Shown: in pieces, positions 36,930-48,098 of the stretch
Numbering within the stretch: the stretch's first letter is position 1
Layout: the number at the start of each line of letters is the position of its first letter
The notes under the pieces: model-generated
Seen by the model: the letters and a program-made list of their open reading frames with translations, nothing else
The model's database searches: none
Told to the model about the DNA's origin: nothing
Program-made: the position numbers and the translations under genes
Sequence record: SRR31156797_4649
Direction: 5' to 3' (one strand)
Length of the DNA: 64,000 nucleotides

Positions 36930-37070
36930 AGCATAAAAAAACAATTATTCCAAGAACATATTGCTCAACAGGTAGTTTAAGTTATTAGATTTAAAATGTT
37001 ACTTACTGGTTCCACCATATTAAATATTAAGTGACTATATTGAGAAGGGTGCTTTTTAAATAAAGACTAA

Positions 37071-40022
37071 ATGAATAAAAAAATATTTGAGGGAAAAAAC
37101 ACAGTTGAAGATAACGATCAATCCTATCTTGATTTCCCTGTTATTGGTATTGGTGCATCTGCTGGAGGATTAGAAGCACTTCAAGAGTTTTTTAGAAACA
37201 TGCCCAATGATGCAAATGCAGCCTATGTTGTTATCCAGCACCTCTCGCCTGATTATAAAAGCCTTATGGATGAGCTTCTTGCAAGGGTAACAAGCCTTGA
37301 GATCAATCGCGTTGAAGATGGTATGAAAATTCGTAAAAATGCAATTTACCTTATTCCTCCCGGTAAAAACATGACTATTTTCAAAGGCAAGCTTTTACTA
37401 ACAAATCAACAAGAAGGACGATCATTAAATCTTCCAATTGACATTTTTATGCGTTCATTGGCTAAAGATCAGGGGAAAAATGCTATTGGCATTGTGTTAT
37501 CAGGTACCGGTAGCGATGGAACATTAGGCATTAGAGCCATTAAAGAATATGGAGGAATGGTAATGGCGCAAGACGATCAATCTGCTAAATTTGATGGGAT
37601 GCCCCGTAGCTCAATTTCTACAGGTATGGTTGATTATGTTTTACCTGCCAGTAAGATGCCTGAAGAATTAGTCAATTTTATTAAGCACCCTTTAATTCGT
37701 AAAGCTCAGAATATTGAAAAACAAATTGATCAAGATGATAACCAGCTTTCAAAAGTCATTATGATCTTAAGAGATGAAAAAGGGGTAGACTTTTCCAATT
37801 ATAAACCGAATACAATTATCCGTAGATTAGAGAAACGAATCAGCATCAATCGTTATCATACTATTGAAGAATATATTGGTTTTCTTGAAGGAAATAATAA
37901 AGAAATTAATATTCTATTTAAAGAGCTACTAATAGGCGTAACAAAATTCTTTCGTGATGAACCTGCATTTGAACATGTTTCATCAGAAATCTTACCAAAG
38001 CTTTTCGAACAAAAAAACTCAAAAAAACCGCTCCGGATATGGAGCATTGGTTGTTCAACAGGTGAAGAGGTTTATTCGCTTGCTATTCTGGTTAAAGAAT
38101 ACATGGAAAAAGAAAGTATTAATCGCGATATCAAGATTTTTGCTACCGATATTGACTCGGAAAGTATTGAATTTGGTAGTAGTGGTATTTATCCTGAAAG
38201 TATTATATCTGACATATCTGCCAATAGACTATCAAAATACTTCAGCAGAAAAGAAGAAGGTTATCAAATTAAGGATAGTATAAGAAGCATGGTCGTTTTT
38301 GCTCAACATAACATTCTTCGCGATCCCCCATTTTCAAAAATCGATCTTTTGGTTTGTCGAAACATGATGATTTACCTTAACTCAGAAATCCAGCAAAAAA
38401 TATTATCGATGTTTTACATATCACTAAATAAAAATGGTTTCTTATTTTTAGGTAGTAGTGAATCTGTTGGGGATTTATCAGATGGTTTCAAACCTGTAAA
38501 TTCTAAATGGAAAATTTACAAAACTGTTGAAGGGTTTTATCCCAAGTTTACTGATAAGTATTTAATTCCTCATGTTTCAAATTCAAAAAAAGACCTTACA
38601 TCTATAAGTTCTTATTACAATAGAGAAAAGAAAAGGATTCCAAAAATTGACAATATTTTCAATGAGATAATGACTGACATACTCCCACCTTCTGTCATTA
38701 TTGATGAAGAATACAATATTGTACATACCATACACAAACTTGATAAATATATTAAATTACCAATTGGACAAGTTAGTTTCAATATTCTGAAAATGTTGCC
38801 AGAAGAATTGGATGTAATGGTAAGCAGTTTACTAAGAAGAGCTTCGAAAACAAATCATTCAATTATTTATGAAAATATTAAAATCAATGAGCTGGATAAA
38901 CCAGTCAGTATTTCAGCAAAGAAAATAAGATCCTCAAAAACTGATGATTTTTTCTTCATAGTATCTTTCAGTGAAGTTGATAAAAAATCAATAAATAAAA
39001 CAGAAAACAAAAAGGTTGAAAAAGTTGACATCAACAATCAATATCAGGAAAGAATTGAAGAACTTGAAAAAGAAATTCAAAGTAAAAGTGAAAGCTTACA
39101 AGCTACTGTTGAGGAATTAGAAACTTCTAATGAAGAATTGCAATCATCCAATGAAGAATTAATAGCATCAAATGAAGAACTCCAAAGCACTAACGAAGAG
39201 TTGCAATCTGTTAATGAAGAACTCTATACCGTTAATGCAGAACATCAAAAGAAGATTGAAGAGCTAACTCAGCTAAATGCAGATATGGATAATCTTCTTA
39301 AAAACACCCAAATTGGAACACTTTACCTTGATCAAAAGCTTACTATCCGAAAATTCACCGACCTGGCATCCAAGCTTACCAATATTCTTAAAACAGATAT
39401 AGGTAGACCTATTCAACATATCAATACCAAACACATATATGAAGATTTCTTAAGTGATATTGAAAAAGTGATTCAAACCCTACAACCAATAGAGCATGAG
39501 ATACAAACGAAAGAAAACAAATGGTATTTACTCAGAATTATTCCGTTCAGAACAGCTGACAATGCTATTGATGGAATAATAATCACATTTATCGATATAA
39601 CCTCACTTAAAATATCTGAATCAGAGCGATTTAAATTAATAAATCTGCTCACCCTAACTCTTGAAATTAGTCCCGATGCAAGCTCTATAGTTGATATAAA
39701 TGGAGAAATTACCTACGCCAACAAAAAAGCAAGGGAAATATTTGAGATTTCTAAAGAAGAAATACATAAAAGATCCTATGATTCAAGCGCATGGAAAATA
39801 ACTGGCATGGACAATAAACCAATTCCAAGTGCTGAGTTGCCTTTTAGTATAATTAAAAATACATTGAAACCTGTCAACGATTACAAGCATTATATTAAAA
39901 TTGGAGATTCCAAAAAGAAGTTATTATCAATAAGCGGGACTCCTTTATTTAATGAAAATAAACAATTTGATGGTGCATTGTTTAATATTATAGACATAAG
40001 TAAAACAAGCAAACCGAAATAA
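37071..40022 (+). CDS. CheB methylesterase-CheR methyltransferase fusion with NEEL coiled coil and PAS domains
   Basis: CheB triad GASAGG/IQH/GSDG; CheR motifs [28 protein letters not shown] and CRNMMIY; five (S/T/V)NEEL heptads; C-terminal PAS domains. Confidence 0.92.
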   Translation: MNKKIFEGKNTVEDNDQSYLDFPVIGIGASAGGLEALQEFFRNMPNDANAAYVVIQHLSPDYKSLMDELLARVTSLEINRVEDGMKIRKNAIYLIPPGKNMTIFKGKLLLTNQQEGRSLNLPIDIFMRSLAKDQGKNAIGIVLSGTGSDGTLGIRAIKEYGGMVMAQDDQSAKFDGMPRSSISTGMVDYVLPASKMPEELVNFIKHPLIRKAQNIEKQIDQDDNQLSKVIMILRDEKGVDFSNYKPNTIIRRLEKRISINRYHTIEEYIGFLEGNNKEINILFKELLIGVTKFFRDEPAFEHVSSEILPKLFEQKNSKKPLRIWSIGCSTGEEVYSLAILVKEYMEKESINRDIKIFATDIDSESIEFGSSGIYPESIISDISANRLSKYFSRKEEGYQIKDSIRSMVVFAQHNILRDPPFSKIDLLVCRNMMIYLNSEIQQKILSMFYISLNKNGFLFLGSSESVGDLSDGFKPVNSKWKIYKTVEGFYPKFTDKYLIPHVSNSKKDLTSISSYYNREKKRIPKIDNIFNEIMTDILPPSVIIDEEYNIVHTIHKLDKYIKLPIGQVSFNILKMLPEELDVMVSSLLRRASKTNHSIIYENIKINELDKPVSISAKKIRSSKTDDFFFIVSFSEVDKKSINKTENKKVEKVDINNQYQERIEELEKEIQSKSESLQATVEELETSNEELQSSNEELIASNEELQSTNEELQSVNEELYTVNAEHQKKIEELTQLNADMDNLLKNTQIGTLYLDQKLTIRKFTDLASKLTNILKTDIGRPIQHINTKHIYEDFLSDIEKVIQTLQPIEHEIQTKENKWYLLRIIPFRTADNAIDGIIITFIDITSLKISESERFKLINLLTLTLEISPDASSIVDINGEITYANKKAREIFEISKEEIHKRSYDSSAWKITGMDNKPIPSAELPFSIIKNTLKPVNDYKHYIKIGDSKKKLLSISGTPLFNENKQFDGALFNIIDISKTSKPK

Positions 40023-40135
40023 ACAAATGGATTTTAATTTCATATGATCATTGATATTTAAATAATACTATTGATCTTTTAATGACAATAAATTAGTTTT
40101 TTAGGGTTAACTATATAGCTAAACTATTTTACCAT

Positions 40136-42694
40136 ATGGAGACAAATAAAAGCAAAGCTTTAAGAGAAAAAGCCAAGCAAATATTAATGGAAAGAGGTAA
40201 AGTTACACCTGAATACGCCCACGATCTGGAAATGCTTATTGAAGAACTCAATATTTACCAGATTGAACTTGAACAACAGAATAACAACCTTAGAGAAACT
40301 CAGCTGAAGCTGCAAGATAGCCAGGAGCAATACATCGACCTATTTAACAATGCACCTGTAGGTTATGTAGTTATTAATAAAGAAATGGAAATTCTAAAAA
40401 CCAATAACCTGGGAGCCAAGCTATTAAATTATCCATTAAGTGAAATTATCAATACTAAATTCTCAAAATATATTTCCCCTGATTTTCAGGACACATTTTA
40501 TCTCTATTTTAATCAGGTAATTTCAAATAAACCCACTAGTCACTGTGAAATTGCCCTAAAAAATAATAACCGAGATATTTATATAAGTATTGAAAGTGTG
40601 CTGAATAGCTCAAAATCCGATGAAGCAAAAACGGTTAGAATGGCTTTAACAGACATTAGCAACCAAAGAAAGACGTATAATAAATTAGAAATCAGTGAAA
40701 ATAAATACAGAGCTATTTTTGAAAACTCTGGAGATGGTTTTTTAGTGCTTACTGATAAAATCGAAGATGCCAATTTACAGGCTGCAACCATATATGGTTA
40801 TACCCTCGATGAGCTTATTGGATTGCATCCCGGAAGAGATCTCTCTCCAAAAGAGCAACCAGATGGTAAACAAAGTGAAAGTGAAGCACTAGTAAAAATT
40901 CAAAACGCCATTAAGCATGGATATCAAAAGTTTTATTGGCAGCATATCACAAAAGATGGGACCCTAATTGACACAGAGATTACTCTTGCACTTTATACAA
41001 GTGACCCTTCTCCTAAGATAATTGCTGTAGTTAGAGATATAACAGCTCAAAAGAAATACGAACAACTTTTAAAACAAAAAAACGAAGAAATTGCCGCTCA
41101 AAACCATGAATACAGTGAACTTAACAAGCAGCTAAATGAAGCTGTCACACTTCTACATGTAGCCAACAAGGAAATTACAGAAAGTGAAGGCAAATTTAGA
41201 AATTACCTTGAGTCTTCTCCTACGCCAATCATCATTATTGATCACGAGAACAAAGCCACATTTTGTAACACTGCAGCCGGAAAACTATCTGGTTATCTGA
41301 ACGACAGCAGAACGAATTTCAATAATTTTTTTGTAGACATCAATAAAAATGCTGAATTACTCCAGAAAATTAAAGAAACTGGAAGAATAAACAATTATGA
41401 ATGCCAAATTAAAACTGAGAATGGCGATTTAATCAATGTCATGATTAGTGCCAATAGAATAGAACAAAATCAAGTTATTCTTTTTATCACAGATGTAAGT
41501 ACAATTATAGAAGCAGAAAAAGTAATTAAAGACAACGAAACAAGACTTCAATTAGCATTGGAAGGAGCATACGAAGGTATGTGGGATTGGAATATTAAAA
41601 CCGGACAAGTAGTTTTTAATAATATTTGGGCTGAAATGCTGGGCTATAAACTTGATGAAATTGAACCTAACGTAAAAGCATGGGATGGTATAATTCATCC
41701 TGATGATAAGGATGAAACCTATAATGAATTACAAAAACATCTGGATGGAAAAACTGAACGTTATGAATCAGAACATCGTTTAAAAACCAAATCAGGTGAT
41801 TATAAATGGATTCTGGACAGAGGAAAAGTTGTAGAATGGGATGATGAAGGTAAGCCTTTAAGAGCTATTGGCACACATTTAGACATTTCCAGACAAAAAC
41901 AAACTGAACAAGAACTCAAAAAGGCCAAAGAAAGAGCAGAAACGGCCGATAATTTAAAATCAGCATTCCTTTCTAATATGAGCCATGAAATCCGAACTCC
42001 AATGAATGGTATTATTGGATTTACAGAGATACTTAGCAAAAAGAATTATAGTCCTGAAAAAAGAAACCGAATATTTGGTATAATTCAAACTAGCTCAAAA
42101 CAACTGTTGCAACTGATAAACGATATTGTAGACATATCCAAAATTGAAGCAAATCAACTAAATATTTTCTGGGAAGATTTTCAAATTGATGAAATGTTAG
42201 CAGAAATTGCTGAAATGGCCAAAATGGATTTATTAAAGCAAAATAAAAATCAAAGCGTAAAATTTGAACTGGTATTGCCAAAAGATCAAGTCCCTTTAAA
42301 AATCCACAGTAGCTCAAACCGCTTACGTCAAGCTATTACTAATCTGGTAAATAATGCCATTAAATTTACACATGAAGGTTACATTAAAATTGGATATAAG
42401 ATTATAAACAAAACACATGTCCAAATATTTGTTGAAGATACTGGTATTGGAATCTCTGAAAAAGGGAAAAATATAATTTTCGAAAGGTTCTCACAAGCCA
42501 CACCCGAAACCACAAAAAAATATGGAGGAACTGGACTAGGACTATTCATTACCAGACAATTAATCGAAAAACTACACGGCGAAATTACAGTAGAGTCTGA
42601 GCAAAACAAAGGTTCAATATTTAAAATTAAGATACCTATCTCAAAAGCTGCTGATACTGAAAAACAAAATGAATTTAAAGAAACTTCAAATTAA
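40136..42694 (+). CDS. Multi-PAS sensor histidine kinase, partner of the CheB-CheR fusion
   Basis: N-terminal ELNIYQIELEQQN coil, PAS/PAC domains, H-box SNMSHEIRTPMN and HATPase (DTGIG, GGTGLGL). No receiver domain. Confidence 0.9.
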   Translation: METNKSKALREKAKQILMERGKVTPEYAHDLEMLIEELNIYQIELEQQNNNLRETQLKLQDSQEQYIDLFNNAPVGYVVINKEMEILKTNNLGAKLLNYPLSEIINTKFSKYISPDFQDTFYLYFNQVISNKPTSHCEIALKNNNRDIYISIESVLNSSKSDEAKTVRMALTDISNQRKTYNKLEISENKYRAIFENSGDGFLVLTDKIEDANLQAATIYGYTLDELIGLHPGRDLSPKEQPDGKQSESEALVKIQNAIKHGYQKFYWQHITKDGTLIDTEITLALYTSDPSPKIIAVVRDITAQKKYEQLLKQKNEEIAAQNHEYSELNKQLNEAVTLLHVANKEITESEGKFRNYLESSPTPIIIIDHENKATFCNTAAGKLSGYLNDSRTNFNNFFVDINKNAELLQKIKETGRINNYECQIKTENGDLINVMISANRIEQNQVILFITDVSTIIEAEKVIKDNETRLQLALEGAYEGMWDWNIKTGQVVFNNIWAEMLGYKLDEIEPNVKAWDGIIHPDDKDETYNELQKHLDGKTERYESEHRLKTKSGDYKWILDRGKVVEWDDEGKPLRAIGTHLDISRQKQTEQELKKAKERAETADNLKSAFLSNMSHEIRTPMNGIIGFTEILSKKNYSPEKRNRIFGIIQTSSKQLLQLINDIVDISKIEANQLNIFWEDFQIDEMLAEIAEMAKMDLLKQNKNQSVKFELVLPKDQVPLKIHSSSNRLRQAITNLVNNAIKFTHEGYIKIGYKIINKTHVQIFVEDTGIGISEKGKNIIFERFSQATPETTKKYGGTGLGLFITRQLIEKLHGEITVESEQNKGSIFKIKIPISKAADTEKQNEFKETSN

Positions 42695-42749
42695 AATATT
42701 GAATATTGTAATAATTTCAATTTTTTGATACAAACAAGTAAACCCAGAT

Positions 42750-42779
42750 GAAATTCAACCAATCATGAGGTGGAATTTC
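42750..42779. other. Imperfect inverted repeat (terminator or operator) between the kinase and the ABC operon
   Basis: GAAATTCAACC-aatcatga-GGTGGAATTTC, one mismatch. Confidence 0.35.
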
Positions 42780-42826
42780 GTATTTTGGGGGCTTTTACCT
42801 AAATTCGCGATCAAACTTTTAAAAGC

Positions 42827-43753
42827 ATGACCACAATATTAAAAGCAGAAAATGTAAACAAAACCTTCATCAATCATCGTGCATTAAATGATGTAACGAT
42901 TGAAATACCTGAAGGTAGCGTATTCGGATTACTTGGGCCTAACGGGGCAGGTAAAACAACGCTTATCCGAATTATTAACCAAATTACGAAACCAGACAGT
43001 GGAAATATCCTGTTCAACGGCAGTAAATTAACTCGTAAAGATGTTGAACAAATTGGATATTTACCTGAAGAACGTGGCCTCTACAAAAAGATGAAAGTTG
43101 GAGAGCAAGCATTGTATTTGGCTCAGTTAAAAGGCATTTCAAAACAAGAAGCACTCAAGCGACTTAAGTACTGGTTTGAGAAATTCGAAATTGAAGCCTG
43201 GTGGGGCAAAAAAGTTGAAGAACTTTCGAAAGGTATGGCACAAAAGGTTCAATTTATTGTGACTATTATCCATAATCCAAAGCTGCTTATCTTCGATGAA
43301 CCATTCAGTGGGTTTGACCCCATTAATGCCAACCTCCTTAAAAATGAGATTCTTGAATTAAGAAAAAATGGCGCTACAGTTATATTCTCTACGCACAATA
43401 TGGGCAGTGTAGAGGAGATTTGTGACGATATTGCTCTCATCAACCAATCAGAATTAATTCTGGAAGGTAAGGTTGATGAAGTAAAGAAACGCTTTAGAAC
43501 TTATGAATACGAATTTCATTATCATGGCGAAGCCTCTTTATCCGGAAAACTCCCAGATAACTATAAAGTCATAAATGACGAAAACAAAGAAGGAGAGCAA
43601 TTTGCCCGAATAAAAATATTGGATGGCTCCACGCCTAACGAGCTCATTAAAGCAGTTATGCCTCTTGCTACAATTCATGCATTCAAAGAAATAATTCCAT
43701 CTATGGATGATGTATTTATCAAAGTTGTTAACGATTATAAGCAAAAAAACTAG
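42827..43753 (+). CDS. ABC-2 type ATP-binding protein (YhaQ/NatA-like, DUF4162 tail)
   Basis: GPNGAGKT, GYLPEERGLY, LSKGMAQK and FDEPFSGFDP. Confidence 0.92.
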   Translation: MTTILKAENVNKTFINHRALNDVTIEIPEGSVFGLLGPNGAGKTTLIRIINQITKPDSGNILFNGSKLTRKDVEQIGYLPEERGLYKKMKVGEQALYLAQLKGISKQEALKRLKYWFEKFEIEAWWGKKVEELSKGMAQKVQFIVTIIHNPKLLIFDEPFSGFDPINANLLKNEILELRKNGATVIFSTHNMGSVEEICDDIALINQSELILEGKVDEVKKRFRTYEYEFHYHGEASLSGKLPDNYKVINDENKEGEQFARIKILDGSTPNELIKAVMPLATIHAFKEIIPSMDDVFIKVVNDYKQKN

Positions 43754-43756
43754 ACC

Positions 43757-45385
43757 ATGAATAAAACCAAATATATACTCAAACGTGAATACATTACGCG
43801 GGTTAGAAAACGCTCTTTCCTCTTAATGACACTTATTGGACCATTTCTTTTTGCTGCTATGATTGCAGCCCCAGTATGGTTTGCAACAATGGAAGATACT
43901 GAAATGAAGCACATTGCTGTGGTAGATTCATCAGGTATTTTCGACTATACAAAGATTTTAAAGGAAAGTGTAAGTTTGAATACAAAACGCTTCCAGTCTG
44001 AACTGGCAGAAAATAGTCAGAACTTACCAGCAATGGGAAAATCATTCAAAGAAATGAATGATAAACTAACATTGATTGCATCCAGACCAGATTCACTAAT
44101 GAGTGAAAACCTCAAACTGGGTTTTATAAGTGAAGCTAAAAAGCTAAAAGATCAATACGATTTGCCAAATCAACCTTTTGATACATTAGCTACAAAATAT
44201 GCAAATTTACTTCCACTTATCAATAACAGATTGAATGAAACAAGTGGAAAAATAAGAAACACTTCCAGTGCTACATTCCATTTTAAGAGATTCAGTATTT
44301 CAGAATCGAAAAAAGCTATTCAGCACGGGGATTATTATGCTTCAGTTATCATTCCTGAGAATATTTTAAACTCGCTAAAAATTCAAACATATGCAGAAAA
44401 ATCTCTATCAATGGGATTGCGTTCTCATATTGAATCAGCAGTAGAACGGGAAATTGAGAAACAAAAATTACGCAATGCGGGAATTGACCAGGAAACATTG
44501 GAAAATATGAGGACCAGCGTAAGTATGGTAAGTATTAAAATTACTGATGACGGTGAAGAAGCAGAGACCAGACCTGAAATAGCCATGATAATTGGTTATG
44601 TAGCCGGATTTTTGATTTACATTTCTATTTTCATGTTCGGTTCCCAGGTAATGCGCGGTGTAATTGAAGAAAAAACAAGTCGTATTGTTGAAGTGATATT
44701 AAGCTCCGTAAAATCTAAACAACTGTTAATGGGTAAAGTATTAGGTGTTGGACTAGTTGGACTTACCCAATATCTGATTTGGATTATAATGACAGTAGGG
44801 CTTTCCATGCTAGCTTTCACATTCCTAGTTCCTTCTGATATGCAACAATTACAACAGCAAGCAGGAGAATTTATGGGCAATGGGTCAATGCAAAACATGG
44901 CACCTGTAGTTGAAGGTGATATGGGTAAAGTGACAGAAATACTTAATTCTATATCAAGTGTTAACTGGCCGCTCATGCTCGGATCATTCTTATTTTTCTT
45001 TATTGGTGGTTATATGCTTTACGCTGCTTTATTTGCAGCTGTTGGCTCAGCAGTTGACAACGAAGCTGACACACAACAATTTATGGCTCCTATAACTATT
45101 CCATTAATTCTTGGAATCTTTGTAATGGTAAATACCATCAACAATCCGGAAAGCGCCCTAACATTTTGGTTTTCAGTGATACCACTTACCTCACCTATTG
45201 TGATGCTTGTTCGTATTCCGTTTGGAGTGCCAATTGGTGAATTGGCATTATCAGCCGGATTGCTAATTGTAACATTCCTGGCAGTTATATGGATGGCGGC
45301 AAGAATATACAAAACCGGAATTTTAATGTACGGATCAAAAGTATCTTACAAAGAACTTTGGAAATGGATTAAAATAAGAGATTAG
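43757..45385 (+). CDS. ABC-2 type permease (YhaP/NatB-like) with extended periplasmic region
   Basis: REYITRVR, VIEEKTSRIVEVILSS, LMGKVLG, YAALFAAVGS and SPIVMLVRIPFG. Confidence 0.9.
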   Translation: MNKTKYILKREYITRVRKRSFLLMTLIGPFLFAAMIAAPVWFATMEDTEMKHIAVVDSSGIFDYTKILKESVSLNTKRFQSELAENSQNLPAMGKSFKEMNDKLTLIASRPDSLMSENLKLGFISEAKKLKDQYDLPNQPFDTLATKYANLLPLINNRLNETSGKIRNTSSATFHFKRFSISESKKAIQHGDYYASVIIPENILNSLKIQTYAEKSLSMGLRSHIESAVEREIEKQKLRNAGIDQETLENMRTSVSMVSIKITDDGEEAETRPEIAMIIGYVAGFLIYISIFMFGSQVMRGVIEEKTSRIVEVILSSVKSKQLLMGKVLGVGLVGLTQYLIWIIMTVGLSMLAFTFLVPSDMQQLQQQAGEFMGNGSMQNMAPVVEGDMGKVTEILNSISSVNWPLMLGSFLFFFIGGYMLYAALFAAVGSAVDNEADTQQFMAPITIPLILGIFVMVNTINNPESALTFWFSVIPLTSPIVMLVRIPFGVPIGELALSAGLLIVTFLAVIWMAARIYKTGILMYGSKVSYKELWKWIKIRD

Positions 45386-45403
45386 TATAATAAGATATAA
45401 TAC

Positions 45404-45439
45404 AATAACCCAATCATAACTATGGTTGGGTTATTTTTT
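45404..45439 (+). terminator. Rho-independent terminator
   Basis: AATAACCCAATCATA-ac-TATGGTTGGGTTATT followed by TTTT. Confidence 0.85.
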
Positions 45440-45588
45440 ATTAAATAAATGGCATTTATTTATCCAAAAAAAGTAGTGATTGAATTTTATTTTATAAAAC
45501 ATGTAGTTTACTAATATATTGATAGGAATTTACCCTTACATATTATACCTTAGCACTAATTTTTTAATAAAGCAGACCCAATATTTCT

Positions 45589-46527
45589 ATGGAAGAACGT
45601 ATTGCTATATTTGACTTAGGCTCAAATGCTTTCAAATTACTTATTGCAGAGAAATCTGATACTCCTGAAGGTTTCAAAATCATTCATAAAGAGCAATCAG
45701 GTGTTAAATTGGCCAGCAAAGGAATCAATAAAAAGATTATTACCGAAGAAGCAAGAGTAAGAGCATTGGAAGCCATTGCCTCATTCAAAGTTACAGCAGA
45801 AAAATATAAATGCAGAACCATTAAATGCACCGGCACATCAGCATTTAGAGATGCAAAAAATGGAGAAATACTTGTTAATGAAGTTAAAGAAAGATTTCAT
45901 CTTGATGTAGAGATTATAACCGGGGAAAGAGAAGCTGAGCTAATTCACAAAGGTGTTAGTATTGGGTTTGAAATGGACAAGCAGCCGGTATTAATTATGG
46001 ATATTGGAGGGGGCAGTCTTGAAATAATTATAGCTGATAAAGCAAATATCCTTTTCCAAAAAAGCTTTGATCTTGGTATGCGTAGGGTAATGGAGAAATT
46101 AGACCTTCCGGATCCATTAAATGACAAATCTATTAATGAAATCATTGACTTTTTTGACACAGAATTCAAAGAACTGAACAAAACTGTTGAAAAGTATAAA
46201 CCCTACATGCTTATTGGGACAAGCGGAAGTTTTGAAACAATCAGCAAATTAGTAGAAGTTAGAAAGAATAGACCTCTTAGAAAGATAAGTACCGCTTCAT
46301 ATAAACTTTCCAGAACCCGAATTCAGGAATTACATGACTTTATCGTAAAGTTGCCGGAAAAGAAAAGGAAAGAAATAAAAGGCATGGATTTGATTCGAGT
46401 TGATCTAATTGCAATCGCGATGGTTTTTGTGCATCACATTATTAAAAAGTATAACTTTGAGAAAGTTACTTATTGCGAATTTGCACTAAAAGAAGGTTTA
46501 TTAACAGAAGCATTAAATCAATTATAA
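45589..46527 (+). CDS. ppx: Ppx/GppA exopolyphosphatase, short form
   Basis: DLGSN, TSAFRDAKNG, EREA, DIGGGSLE, GTSGS and LKEG. Confidence 0.9.
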   Translation: MEERIAIFDLGSNAFKLLIAEKSDTPEGFKIIHKEQSGVKLASKGINKKIITEEARVRALEAIASFKVTAEKYKCRTIKCTGTSAFRDAKNGEILVNEVKERFHLDVEIITGEREAELIHKGVSIGFEMDKQPVLIMDIGGGSLEIIIADKANILFQKSFDLGMRRVMEKLDLPDPLNDKSINEIIDFFDTEFKELNKTVEKYKPYMLIGTSGSFETISKLVEVRKNRPLRKISTASYKLSRTRIQELHDFIVKLPEKKRKEIKGMDLIRVDLIAIAMVFVHHIIKKYNFEKVTYCEFALKEGLLTEALNQL

Positions 46528-46531
46528 TATC

Positions 46532-47707
46532 ATGACTAAAATATTGGTAATTGATGATGAAGATAGCATCCGGAATACTTTACAGGAAATTCTGGAATAT
46601 GAGAAATATGAAGTTGACTTAGCAGCCGAAGGCAATGCAGGTCTGGAATACATCAAGCAAAATAGTTACGATGTAATTCTTTGCGATATCAAAATGCCTG
46701 GCTTAGATGGAATAGAGGTACTCGAAAGAGTTATTCGTTTGCAACCGGATGCACCTGTTATCATGATTTCAGGTCACGGGAATATAGATACTGCAGTTGA
46801 AGCCATCAAAAAAGGAGCTTATGATTTCATTGAAAAACCATTGGATCTTAATCGCTTGCTAATTACCATAAAAAACGCTCTTGATAAGTCTAACCTTGTA
46901 GAAGAAACCAAAAGGCTTAAACAAAAAGTATCCAAGTCTTACCAAATGGTTGGTGAAAGTCCGGCATTAGTGCAGGTAAAAAATATGATTGAGCGTGTTG
47001 GTCCAACAGATGCAAGAGTGCTTATTACCGGCGAAAACGGAACAGGAAAAGAACTTGTAGCAAGGCAGCTGCACGAATCAAGTGCTCGTCAAGCCAGCCC
47101 ATTTGTGGAAGTGAACTGCGCAGCCATACCATCTGAATTAATTGAAAGTGAGCTATTTGGACACGAAAAAGGCGCATTTACATCTGCTCACAAACAAAGA
47201 AAAGGTAAGTTTGAACAAGCCCAGGGTGGAACCTTGTTCCTTGACGAAATTGGAGATATGAGTCTTTCTGCTCAATCAAAAGTTTTACGTGCTTTGCAAG
47301 AAAATAAAATAAGTCGCGTTGGCAGTGATAAAGATATCACAGTGGATGTGCGCATATTTGCTGCCACTAATAAAAACATGGATATTGAAATCAAAGAAAA
47401 TAGATTTCGTGAAGATTTATATCACCGGATAAGTGTTATTTTAATTCACGTTCCTCCACTAAGAGAGCGACTTGAAGACATTCCTGATTTATCCAGATAT
47501 TTCATACAACAAATTGCTGAAGAATATAACTCAAAACCAATCAAAATTTCTGATGATGCAATAACTGAGCTTCAAAAATTGCCATGGACAGGAAACATCA
47601 GAGAATTCCGAAACGTAATAGAAAGACTTATGATTCTTAGTAATGAAGAAATTACAGGCAAAGATGTTAAATCATTTGCTCATCCATTAAGTACAACTAA
47701 AAACTAA
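46532..47707 (+). CDS. NtrX-like response regulator (receiver + sigma54-type AAA+), no C-terminal HTH
   Basis: Receiver DDE/CDIKMP/EKP; GENGTGKE, ESELFGHEKGAFTSA, LDEIGDM and FREDLYHR; ends soon after the AAA domain. Confidence 0.9.
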   Translation: MTKILVIDDEDSIRNTLQEILEYEKYEVDLAAEGNAGLEYIKQNSYDVILCDIKMPGLDGIEVLERVIRLQPDAPVIMISGHGNIDTAVEAIKKGAYDFIEKPLDLNRLLITIKNALDKSNLVEETKRLKQKVSKSYQMVGESPALVQVKNMIERVGPTDARVLITGENGTGKELVARQLHESSARQASPFVEVNCAAIPSELIESELFGHEKGAFTSAHKQRKGKFEQAQGGTLFLDEIGDMSLSAQSKVLRALQENKISRVGSDKDITVDVRIFAATNKNMDIEIKENRFREDLYHRISVILIHVPPLRERLEDIPDLSRYFIQQIAEEYNSKPIKISDDAITELQKLPWTGNIREFRNVIERLMILSNEEITGKDVKSFAHPLSTTKN

Positions 47708-47711
47708 AAAT

Positions 47712-48098
47712 ATGCCCCATACATTAATTATAAACGAAACATCAACCACACCAGAGATTATACTTGATGCCCAAGAAGGTAAATTTCAAATTTTTGGGAC
47801 TTCTATGGCTGAAGATGCTGTAGGTTTTTACAGTCCTGTAATTGACTGGCTCATATTATATGCTGAAAAACCCAATGAAGAAACGCATGTAGAGTTCAAG
47901 ATGAATTATTTCAATACAGCGTCTTCGAAAATTCTGTGGGAAATAATGTCATTATTCCAAAAAATTAGCAAAAAGGGAAGTAAAGTACAAATCGATTGGA
48001 TTTTCCATGAGGATGACGAAGAAATGGAAGAAGCCGGCGAAATATATGCTGAAAGAATGGATATACCAGTTAATTTAATTATTGACGAGGAAAATTAA
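47712..48098 (+). CDS. SiaC/DUF1987 family phosphoprotein
   Basis: TPEI...G.SMAED...FY.P...YFNTASSK...IDW...DDEEM.EAGE. Confidence 0.82.
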   Translation: MPHTLIINETSTTPEIILDAQEGKFQIFGTSMAEDAVGFYSPVIDWLILYAEKPNEETHVEFKMNYFNTASSKILWEIMSLFQKISKKGSKVQIDWIFHEDDEEMEEAGEIYAERMDIPVNLIIDEEN

